From: Mycolicibacterium smegmatis
Lineage (GTDB): Bacteria > Actinomycetota > Actinomycetes > Mycobacteriales > Mycobacteriaceae
NCBI RefSeq assembly: GCF_001457595.1
Contig: NZ_LN831039.1
Location: 1,110,001 to 1,142,000 of the forward strand
Direction of reading: 5' to 3'
DNA: 32,000 bases
The notes below the pieces were generated by a model, which saw nothing but the letters and a program-made list of their open reading frames with translations, did not search any database and was not told the origin of the DNA. Below, in pieces: positions 8,963-16,295 of the stretch (position 1 is its first letter; every line of letters starts with the position of its first letter). The position numbers were made by a program, and so were the translations under genes.

Positions 8963-9892
8963 CTAGAAGTAGCGCGGGAAGCGGCTCCAGTCCGGGTCGC
9001 GCTTCTCCAAGAACGCGTCGCGGCCTTCGACGGCTTCGTCGGTCATGTACGCCAGACGTGTTGCCTCACCGGCGAACACCTGCTGGCCCACCAGGCCGTC
9101 GTCGATGAGGTTGAACGCGAACTTGAGCATCCGGATCGCCTGCGGCGACTTGCCGTTGATCTCGGCGGCGTACTGCAGCCCGGCCTTCTCCAGATCGGCA
9201 TGGTCGACGACCTCGTTGACCGCGCCCATCTGGTGCATGGTCTGCGCGTCGTAGGCACGGCCCAGGAAGAAGATCTCGCGCGCGAACTTCTGGCCGGTCT
9301 GGCGCGCCAGGTAGGCGCTGCCGAACCCGCCGTCGAAGCTGCCCACGTCGGCGTCGGTCTGCTTGAACCGCGCGTGCTCACGGCTGGCCAGCGTCAGGTC
9401 GCACGTGACGTGCAGGCTGTGCCCACCACCGGCGGCCCAGCCGTTGACCAGGCAGATCACGACCTTGGGCATGAACCGGATGAGCCGCTGCACCTCGAGA
9501 ATGTGCAGTCGGCCCGCGCGTGCCGGGTCGACGGTCTCGGCCGTCTCGCCCGAGGCGTACTGGTAGCCCGTGCGCCCCCGGATGCGCTGATCGCCGCCGG
9601 AACAGAACGCCCAGCCGCCGTCCTTGGGCGACGGGCCGTTGCCGGTGAGCAGGATGACGCCGACGTCGGACGACATCCGCGCGTGGTCGAGCACGCGGTA
9701 CAGCTCGTCGACGGTGTGGGGCCGGAACGCGTTGCGCACCTCGGGCCGGTCGAACGCCACGCGCACGGTGGGCTGACGTGCGCCGTCGAGCACGTGGCGG
9801 TGGTAGGTGATGTCGGTCAGATCATCGAAGCCGGGCACCCGTTCCCACATCGCGGGGTCGAACGGGTTGTCCGAAGCTGCTTGGCTGCTCAT
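8963..9892 (-). CDS. menB: 1,4-dihydroxy-2-naphthoyl-CoA synthase
   Basis: MSSQAASDNPFDPAMWERVPGFDDLTDITYHRHVLDGARQPTVRVAFDRPEVRNAFRP...WAFCSGGDQRIRGRTGYQY; crotonase fold, MenB-specific motifs. Confidence 0.95.
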   Translation of the reverse strand: MSSQAASDNPFDPAMWERVPGFDDLTDITYHRHVLDGARQPTVRVAFDRPEVRNAFRPHTVDELYRVLDHARMSSDVGVILLTGNGPSPKDGGWAFCSGGDQRIRGRTGYQYASGETAETVDPARAGRLHILEVQRLIRFMPKVVICLVNGWAAGGGHSLHVTCDLTLASREHARFKQTDADVGSFDGGFGSAYLARQTGQKFAREIFFLGRAYDAQTMHQMGAVNEVVDHADLEKAGLQYAAEINGKSPQAIRMLKFAFNLIDDGLVGQQVFAGEATRLAYMTDEAVEGRDAFLEKRDPDWSRFPRYF

Positions 9893-9990
9893 TTGCTCGA
9901 CTGTAGAGCGGAGGTTTCGTCCGTACCGACGAAGGGTATGAAACCGGCGCAATGATGCGTATCGCGCATCAGCAGACAGAAAGGGCTTCG

Positions 9991-10266
9991 ATGAAGCGCA
10001 CAGCAGGCGTGTTGTTCTCGGGGTTGGTGGCCGGCTTCATGATCGTCGGTTGCTCCCCAGCGGTCACCGGCGGTGACACCACCTGCGAGGACTTCTTGGG
10101 CCAAGACGAGAAGACGCAGGACGACGCGGTCGCCAAGATGCTGAAGGACGAGAAGGGCACCGACGCCGCGCAGCTGGAGATCACCGGTACGCGCGTTGCG
10201 GTGCAGGCCTTCTGCCAGACGGCGGGCAAGCAGGACAGCAAGATCAAGGAAGCGCCGCACCTGTAG
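9991..10266 (+). CDS. Small secreted lipoprotein, weakly HdeA/HdeB-like
   Basis: MKRTAGVLFSGLVAGFMIVGCSP lipobox; TCEDFLGQDEKTQDDAVAKMLKDEKG...VQAFCQTAG, two Cys spaced as in HdeA-like proteins. Confidence 0.65.
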   Translation: MKRTAGVLFSGLVAGFMIVGCSPAVTGGDTTCEDFLGQDEKTQDDAVAKMLKDEKGTDAAQLEITGTRVAVQAFCQTAGKQDSKIKEAPHL

Positions 10267-10267
10267 T

Positions 10268-10729
10268 TCAGAGCGGATCGAGACGGAACACCGGGCACCG
10301 TCCGGCGAGTGCTTCGAACTCGTCCGGATGGGGCCCGGTGACCAGTCCCGCGTTCTTCATGAAGCCCACGCCGGTGGGCACGAGGATGGGGAACTCCCGC
10401 AACAGCGGTCGAGCCTCCTCCACCGACATCTCGACCGCGCGGACGCGTTGTGCCTTGCGGCCCTGATGGATCGTCGCCTCTTCGGCGGCACGCAGGTTCG
10501 CCGTCCAGTCGGCGCCGGGTAGCCCGCCGACGACGTACCGCTTGCCGTCCACGGTCATCGGTGTGACGGGAGTGGTCCGGGGTTTGCCGGTCTTGCGGCC
10601 CGGCACCGTGAGCACCACAGGCCCCTTGTCCCCGCCGACGCCGACCTTGGACAACCCGATCATCACTTTGTTGACGTACTTGAGCCACCACGGCGGCCGG
10701 ATACGTTCGGTGCGCATTTCGGAGCCCAT
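10268..10729 (-). CDS. Deazaflavin (F420)-dependent nitroreductase (Ddn)-family protein
   Basis: VVLTVPGRKTGKPRTTPVTPMTVDGKRYVVGGLPGADWTANLRAAEEATI; GRKTG..R and NLRA motifs. Confidence 0.88.
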   Translation of the reverse strand: MGSEMRTERIRPPWWLKYVNKVMIGLSKVGVGGDKGPVVLTVPGRKTGKPRTTPVTPMTVDGKRYVVGGLPGADWTANLRAAEEATIHQGRKAQRVRAVEMSVEEARPLLREFPILVPTGVGFMKNAGLVTGPHPDEFEALAGRCPVFRLDPL

Positions 10730-10738
10730 GCCACCAGG

Positions 10739-11428
10739 TTAGGTCGCGATGCCCACAGACGACACCGCCGCGATCAGACCGTCGCGCCGCTCGGTGGTCG
10801 GCAGCGGATCCACCAGCGCGAATGCACATCCCACCGCGGTCGCACCGCCGTCGGCCTCCTCGCTGTCGCCGACCATGAGCGCGTCCTGCGGTGCGACACC
10901 CAGCCGTTGCAGCGTCGTCGTGAAGATCGCGGCGTCCGGTTTCACCGCCCCCACCTCGTACGACAGCACGAACTCGTCGACGTCCGCGTCGATACCCAGT
11001 GCGGTGAACGCGGGCCGCACGTCGAAGGCGATGTTGGACACCACGGCGGTCTTGATGTCTTGCTGCTTAAGGCTTTTCAGCACGGTCGCGGTGTCCGGAT
11101 AGGCCGTCCAGCTGTCCGGGTCGATCACGCGTCCGTAGAGGCTCTCGGCGTGTGGGTCGGCAAGCCCGGACTCGCGCAGCACATGCAGATACGCCTCGCG
11201 GTGCAGATGCGGCGCCAGGTCCCGGTTCACCCAGGCGTGGTACTGCTCGTCGCTCATCTGCACCGAACGCCCCGTCGGGGCCGTGAGCCTGCGCATGAGC
11301 TCGGCCTGCACGTGGCCGTCGACCTCCCGTTCGTCGACCGTCATCCCCTCGAACCAGCTCTCGTCTTCCTCGAGGCGGAACAACGTCCCCGAAAAGTCGA
11401 ACAACACCGCCTTGACCATGACCACCAT
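10739..11428 (-). CDS. HAD-superfamily hydrolase
   Basis: VKAVLFDFSGTLFRL (DxSGT), VVSNIAFD, K at VGAVKPDAAIF, MVGDSEEADGGAT. Start reset to ATG 11428 (or 11419) from 11485 because the upstream extension lacks conservation features. Confidence 0.88.
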   Translation of the reverse strand: MVVMVKAVLFDFSGTLFRLEEDESWFEGMTVDEREVDGHVQAELMRRLTAPTGRSVQMSDEQYHAWVNRDLAPHLHREAYLHVLRESGLADPHAESLYGRVIDPDSWTAYPDTATVLKSLKQQDIKTAVVSNIAFDVRPAFTALGIDADVDEFVLSYEVGAVKPDAAIFTTTLQRLGVAPQDALMVGDSEEADGGATAVGCAFALVDPLPTTERRDGLIAAVSSVGIAT

Positions 11429-11472
11429 GTTACGGACGGGCGCCAGTATTTCCTGGACGTTTCGGAACGACG

Positions 11473-11499
11473 TATTTCGCAACACTTTTCGACGAAATA
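11473..11499. promoter_or_regulatory. Candidate operator, inverted repeat TATTTCG-N13-CGAAATA
   Basis: Perfect 7-bp arms in the divergent intergenic region between HAD hydrolase and dimethylformamidase-like operon. Confidence 0.4.
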
Positions 11500-11550
11500 T
11501 CCGTCATCTGCCGGATGGTGGGAATCCGGATGCATCCATAGCGTGAGCAG

Positions 11551-11994
11551 ATGATCCCGATTCCCCAGGACGATGCAAGCCGGCAACGCATGATCCGTGA
11601 GGTCGAGGCGAGTGTCTCCGACTTCCGCGGGGTGGCAGGTTTCTCGGTCCTGCGCACCGAACGTCCTGGCAGCGCGATCGGCGCGCACGGCGGTATCCAG
11701 GACGATGTGCAACTCGACCGGGTCCTGACCCGCATGCGCATGCAGCCCGTCGGGGCGTTCGGCGGGAAACTCGTCATCGTCTGCACCAGGCCCGAGCGGC
11801 AGTGGCGTATCGCCCGCCTGTCCGGGATCCGCGGCGTCGCACCGCAGTTCGTCGACGATCGGGTCTTCACCGACGAGCAGACCGCCCAGGCCGAGATCCT
11901 CAAGATGCGGTTCACGCAGTACCCCGCCGAGGACGGGATGCCCGAACACTGCACGCCCGCATGGAAATCGCGAGGGGAGAACTGGGGCGCATGA
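11551..11994 (+). CDS. Probable N,N-dimethylformamidase small (alpha) subunit-like protein
   Basis: 147 aa; small ORF coupled by ATGA overlap to the large subunit gene, matching the known small-large operon architecture of DMFase. Homology of the small protein itself not confirmed. Confidence 0.65.
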   Translation: MIPIPQDDASRQRMIREVEASVSDFRGVAGFSVLRTERPGSAIGAHGGIQDDVQLDRVLTRMRMQPVGAFGGKLVIVCTRPERQWRIARLSGIRGVAPQFVDDRVFTDEQTAQAEILKMRFTQYPAEDGMPEHCTPAWKSRGENWGA

Positions 11995-14435
11995 ACACCA
12001 ACGGCAACGCAGGCACTGTGGCTGACACCGACGACTACCCGGAACTGATGCGGCTCACCGGCTATGGCAGCAAATGGTCGGTCGAGCAAGGCGACAGCGT
12101 CGACTTCTACGTCAACTGCGACGGACCGGCGACGTACCGCGCCGAACTGGTCAAGCTCATCCACGGCGACACCCACCCCAGCGGACCGGGATTCAAAGAG
12201 GAACTCGTCAACTCCGGAATCAACGGGACCTATCCCGGACGGCCGCAACGCATCCACGCCGGGTCCTACGCCATGGTCGCCGACCGCCGCCCCCTGCGCG
12301 TCGACAGTTTCACCATGCAGTGCTGGATCTGGCCCACCATGCCCACCAAGATCGAGGGGTACTGGGCGCCCGGTGAGCAGATGATCATGGGCAAGTGGGC
12401 ACAGGGACGCGGATACGGGTTGTTCCTCGATCTCGACGGCCGCGTGTGCCTGCGGATCGACGATCAGGTGCTGACGGCCCCGCACCCGGTGCGTGACCGT
12501 GCCTGGCACTTCGTCGCCGCGACGTTCGACGCCGCCACGGGAACCGCCGTGCTGTTCTGCGAACCGCAGGTGCGGTACGCGCTCGACCCGCAGCCCGCCG
12601 CGGTCGAAGCCGTGTTCGCCCAGCCCATCTCGCACACCGGTGTTCCGTTCACCTTCGCCGCGCACCCGGCGAGCGCCGAACCCGGGAAACAGACGCGTCA
12701 GCCCGGCGGATGGGTGATGACGGGCCACTACAACGGCAAGATCGACGCACCGCGGTTGTGCTCACGCGCGCTGAACCGCCTCGAGATCGAAACCATGAAA
12801 CTCGGTTTCGCTCCGGGCATGGACGAGCGTCGCGCAGGCGGCCCGTCCCCGGAGCTGGGTGCGGTGATGGTGGCCGCATGGGACTTCTCGCTGCAGATCC
12901 CGACGCGCACCATCGTCGACTGCGGCCCGTACCGTCTCGACGGTGAACTCGTCGGCCTGCCCGCGCGGGGGATGACCGGGCACAACTGGAGCGGCGCCGT
13001 GACGTCCTGGAGCGTCGAGCACCGCGAGTACGGCGCCATCCACTTCCACGACGACGATGTCGACGACGCGCGCTGGGCCGTCGATTTCACGCTCGAAGTG
13101 CCCGGGGATCTGCCCAGCGCGGTGTACGCCGTGAAGCTCACCACCGACGAGGGCGACGAGGACTACATCCCGTTCGTCGTCCGCACCCCGCTGGGCCGGC
13201 CGGGGGCGAAGATCGCCGTCATCATGTCGACCATCGACTACCTGGCCTACGCCAACGAGCACCAGGCCAGCAACTTCGGCAGCGCCGAGGCGCTGATCTA
13301 CCGCACCCCGATCATGGCCCCGCAGAACATCTTTCTCAGCGTGCACCGTGAGTACGGATACTCGCTGTACGACACCCACAGCGACGGGTCGGGCGTGCAC
13401 ATCTCCTCACGCCTGCGCCCGATCCTCAACTTCCGGCCCAAGTACGATTCGTGGCTCACACAGGCGCCCTGGCAGTTCAACGCCGACCTGCACCTGATCG
13501 ACTGGCTCACCGAGAAGGGCTACACGTTCGACGTCGTCACCGACGAGGACATCAGCTACGACGGTCTGGAGCGGATCGAGGGCTACAACGTGCTGATCAC
13601 GGGTTCACATCCCGAACACAAGGACGGCCACTACCTCGACGCGATCCATGCCTACAAGGAGCGCGGCGGGCGGCTCATGTACATGGGCGGTGACGGGTTC
13701 TACTGGCGGCACACCTTCCATCCCGCCTACGGACGCGGCGAGGTCACCGAGATGCGCCGCTGCGAATCGGGGATCAGGCCCTGGCAGGCGCAGCCCGGCG
13801 AATACCACCACCAGAGCGACGGCAAACTCGGCGGCATGTGGCGCTTCCTCGGCCGCGACATGGCCGCGGTGAGCGGAACATCGATGGTGGCACAGGGTTT
13901 CGACATCTCGACCTACTTCAAGCGCACACCCGAGAGCCAAGATCCGCGTGTGGCCTGGGCTTTCGAGGGCATCTCGTACGACGAGCGACTCGGCGACTTC
14001 GGTCTGGTGGGCGGGGGAGCGGCCGGTGCAGAACTGGACACCGTCGACACCACGCTGGGCTCGCCTCCGCACACACTGCTGGTCGCGACATCGGCCGGCC
14101 TGCACACCGACGCCTATCTGCTGGTGACCGAACTGATCCTCACCAACGCCCCCGGCGTGACCGGCACACAGCATCCCCGGATCCGCGCCGACATGGCGTT
14201 CCACGAAACCCCCAACGGCGGGGCGGTGTGGTCGTTCAGCTCGATCTCGTACTGCGGCAGCCTGTCCCACAACGACTACGACAACAACATCTCGAAGCTC
14301 ACCGCGAACGTCCTCGACCACTTCATGCAGGACGGGCCGCTGCCTGCCCCGCCCGCGAACGCGGTGCGGCCGCGTGGCCGGTTCGAGTCGACCCCCGAGT
14401 TGAACTACCACCTGCCCGAAGAGGTCGGATCGTGA
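11991..14435 (+). CDS. N,N-dimethylformamidase large (beta) subunit-like protein
   Basis: 814 aa: LTGYGSKWSVEQGDSVDFYVN, internal LamG-like domain (FTMQCWIWPTMP...AWHFVAATFD), C-terminal domain YDTHSDGSGVHISSRLRPILNFRPKYDSW...DLHLIDWLTEKGYTFDVVTDEDI...GSHPEHKDGHYLDAI. Confidence 0.82.
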   Translation: MNTNGNAGTVADTDDYPELMRLTGYGSKWSVEQGDSVDFYVNCDGPATYRAELVKLIHGDTHPSGPGFKEELVNSGINGTYPGRPQRIHAGSYAMVADRRPLRVDSFTMQCWIWPTMPTKIEGYWAPGEQMIMGKWAQGRGYGLFLDLDGRVCLRIDDQVLTAPHPVRDRAWHFVAATFDAATGTAVLFCEPQVRYALDPQPAAVEAVFAQPISHTGVPFTFAAHPASAEPGKQTRQPGGWVMTGHYNGKIDAPRLCSRALNRLEIETMKLGFAPGMDERRAGGPSPELGAVMVAAWDFSLQIPTRTIVDCGPYRLDGELVGLPARGMTGHNWSGAVTSWSVEHREYGAIHFHDDDVDDARWAVDFTLEVPGDLPSAVYAVKLTTDEGDEDYIPFVVRTPLGRPGAKIAVIMSTIDYLAYANEHQASNFGSAEALIYRTPIMAPQNIFLSVHREYGYSLYDTHSDGSGVHISSRLRPILNFRPKYDSWLTQAPWQFNADLHLIDWLTEKGYTFDVVTDEDISYDGLERIEGYNVLITGSHPEHKDGHYLDAIHAYKERGGRLMYMGGDGFYWRHTFHPAYGRGEVTEMRRCESGIRPWQAQPGEYHHQSDGKLGGMWRFLGRDMAAVSGTSMVAQGFDISTYFKRTPESQDPRVAWAFEGISYDERLGDFGLVGGGAAGAELDTVDTTLGSPPHTLLVATSAGLHTDAYLLVTELILTNAPGVTGTQHPRIRADMAFHETPNGGAVWSFSSISYCGSLSHNDYDNNISKLTANVLDHFMQDGPLPAPPANAVRPRGRFESTPELNYHLPEEVGS

Positions 14436-15219
14436 CGGTCGGGCGACGCAGGCCGGCCACATGACCGCGGGCCGCGACCTGCTGCTCACCCCGGTGTCCT
14501 CAGGACGTCACCCGTCGGCGGACAGCACCGACTTGACCGGCACGTGGGTGTGCGTCGGCCTGGCCGAGCAACTCACCGAGGTGGGCGCGATCCTGCCCGC
14601 GACCATCGGCCAACACGCCGCGCATGTGCGACTGGCCGAGGCCGGTCCGGTGGCGGCCCTGAACGCGCGCCCGTTCGGCGGATGCCTGTCGGTGCCCGTG
14701 CACTGCGGCAGCACACGCAACGTCAGATGTCCGCACCGTGCGTGTGCCTTCAGCGAGGACGGACCGGTCCTCGACGACCGGACCGACCCGCGGGGCGTCG
14801 CACGTTCGGAGTTCGTCGGTCGCCGCACGGTCAACATCCCTCTGGCGCAGTGGGGTTCGCTGCTGTTCGTCAACGTCACGATGCGTACACCGCCGCCGCT
14901 GCCGGTGCCCGACGTGACGTGGGACGGCGTGGCGCTGGTCGGCACCGGCTCGGACACCGTCGCAGGCAACTGGCTGCAGGCACCGTCACGCGCGGCCGAA
15001 CAGGTCACCGCCGCCTGCCCCTGGGCCCGCACGGTCACGATCGCACCCAACGTCGTGGTGATCCGCGACGACCGCGACGTTCTCGCCGTGTTCAGCAGGC
15101 CCGCGGGCAAATACCGCAGCACCATGACGTGGGCCGTGTTCGCAAACTCGAAGGGCAGCGGTGCGTTGGGCGCCGCGGCCGCGCGAGTGTGGGGGAGCTC
15201 ACGCGGACCCGTGGCGTGA
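14431..15219 (+). CDS. Degenerate Rieske/aromatic-ring-hydroxylating oxygenase alpha-subunit-like protein
   Basis: TWVCVGLAEQLTEVGAI...VAALNARPFGG...RCPHRACAFSEDG...NIPLAQWGSLLFVNVT aligns by eye to Rieske oxygenase N-termini but ligands are lost; GTGA overlap with preceding stop. Confidence 0.55.
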   Translation, partial: RDGRATQAGHMTAGRDLLLTPVSSGRHPSADSTDLTGTWVCVGLAEQLTEVGAILPATIGQHAAHVRLAEAGPVAALNARPFGGCLSVPVHCGSTRNVRCPHRACAFSEDGPVLDDRTDPRGVARSEFVGRRTVNIPLAQWGSLLFVNVTMRTPPPLPVPDVTWDGVALVGTGSDTVAGNWLQAPSRAAEQVTAACPWARTVTIAPNVVVIRDDRDVLAVFSRPAGKYRSTMTWAVFANSKGSGALGAAAARVWGSSRGPVA

Positions 15220-15266
15220 TTTACGGCATGGAAACAGGCTCTGAACCTGGTTGACCCGCACCCGTA

Positions 15267-15291
15267 GTCAACTTGTCCACAAGCACTTGAC
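15267..15291. promoter_or_regulatory. Candidate operator GTCAACTTGTCCACAAGCACTTGAC
   Basis: Nested inverted repeat (GTCAA...TTGAC outside CTTGT-CC-ACAAG) 15 nt upstream of LuxR-type regulator ATG. Confidence 0.4.
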
Positions 15292-15305
15292 CGGAGGGGG
15301 GCGAG

Positions 15306-16049
15306 ATGGCTGGACAGATGACGTTGATGAACGAGATGCGTGACATCGCCTCGATCGCCGCCGACATGGCCTCGACCGACACCTCGGTGCGGGTGCGTGG
15401 CGCCATTGACTTCCTGCGGCTCGAGGCACGGTGCGACACGTTCCTGCTCGCGTACAAGACCCCGGGTGCCAAGGGTTTCGACCTGATCACCTCGGTCGGA
15501 TACTCCGAACCCGTGGCGCGGTATCTGACCTCCGACATCCAGGCAAAGCCCGAGTTCACCAAGCAGTTCGCCGACCAGACGCGGGTCTGGGACTGGGACG
15601 ACGTCCCCGAGTTCTACGACTCCTACAGCGGTGCCGAGGTTCTGCGCCCGGAAGGGTTCACCAACGGCTTCCTCATGGTCCTGCACGACGGTGCGGGCGA
15701 CGTGGTCGGGATGTGCCAGGGCAACATGGAGCGCCCCGACTTCACGCCCCGCAACCGCTCAACGGTGGAAGCCGTGCGCCCGTTGTTCACCAAGTACGTG
15801 ACGAAGCTACGGACACGGGCCCGCGCGAGGTTGACACCGCGAGAGCAGGAGATCCTGGCGCTGCTGCGCAGCGGCCTGTCGAACGCCGAGATCAGCGATC
15901 GGCTGTACCTGTCGCCGCGAACCGTGAGCACCCACGTCGAACGCGTGCTGCGCAAGCTCGGCGTGGCCAACCGCGTGGCCGCGGCGGTGCAGGCCACCGA
16001 ACTCGAACTCCTCGACGCCGGACGTGATGCGGTGACGCCGCTGCCGTAG
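15306..16049 (+). CDS. LuxR-family transcriptional regulator
   Basis: C-terminal LTPREQEILALLRSGLSNAEISDRLYLSPRTVSTHVERVLRKLGVANRVAAAV; ggaggggg RBS. Confidence 0.93.
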   Translation: MAGQMTLMNEMRDIASIAADMASTDTSVRVRGAIDFLRLEARCDTFLLAYKTPGAKGFDLITSVGYSEPVARYLTSDIQAKPEFTKQFADQTRVWDWDDVPEFYDSYSGAEVLRPEGFTNGFLMVLHDGAGDVVGMCQGNMERPDFTPRNRSTVEAVRPLFTKYVTKLRTRARARLTPREQEILALLRSGLSNAEISDRLYLSPRTVSTHVERVLRKLGVANRVAAAVQATELELLDAGRDAVTPLP

Positions 16050-16063
16050 CGGCGGTCCACCAG

Positions 16064-16092
16064 CACCGGGTGCCCGACAGGGGCGCCCGGTG
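16064..16092. terminator. Hairpin CACCGGGTGC-N9-GCGCCCGGTG, putative terminator
   Basis: 9/10 complementary arms 15 nt after the LuxR gene stop; no U-tract. Confidence 0.5.
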
Positions 16093-16259
16093 TTCACGCT
16101 GTTTGATGAAAAGTTCACCAGCGCAATCAATTACGTAGAATGACGTATTCCCTCCGTGCCCGCTGGGTCATAACGTCAAACATGAATTCGTTGATGTCAT
16201 CGCTCGTCGTGGCGTGATGGCGGATGGACGATCTTCTCCAGTGATCCGGAGGACCCACG

Positions 16260-16295
16260 ATGAAGTTCTGCGAGTACACATGCGGCAGCCGGTGA
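16260..16295 (+). CDS. Possible 11-codon leader peptide MKFCEYTCGSR
   Basis: ATG 16260 preceded by ggagg (7-nt spacer); stop TGA 16293-16295 overlaps GTG 16292, a possible start of the downstream lipoprotein. Confidence 0.4.
   Translation: MKFCEYTCGSR

Noticed and set aside
11429-11485. N-terminal extension of the HAD hydrolase to ATG 11485.
   Set aside because: The extension MLRNTSFRNVQEILAPVRN precedes the typical MVKAVLFDFSGT start and would cover the candidate operator; ATG 11428/11419 is preferred.
14431-15219. Annotating this gene as a functional Rieske oxygenase.
   Set aside because: The C-x-H and C-x2-H ligand motifs are not intact (ARP and CPHR), and the catalytic domain is too short.
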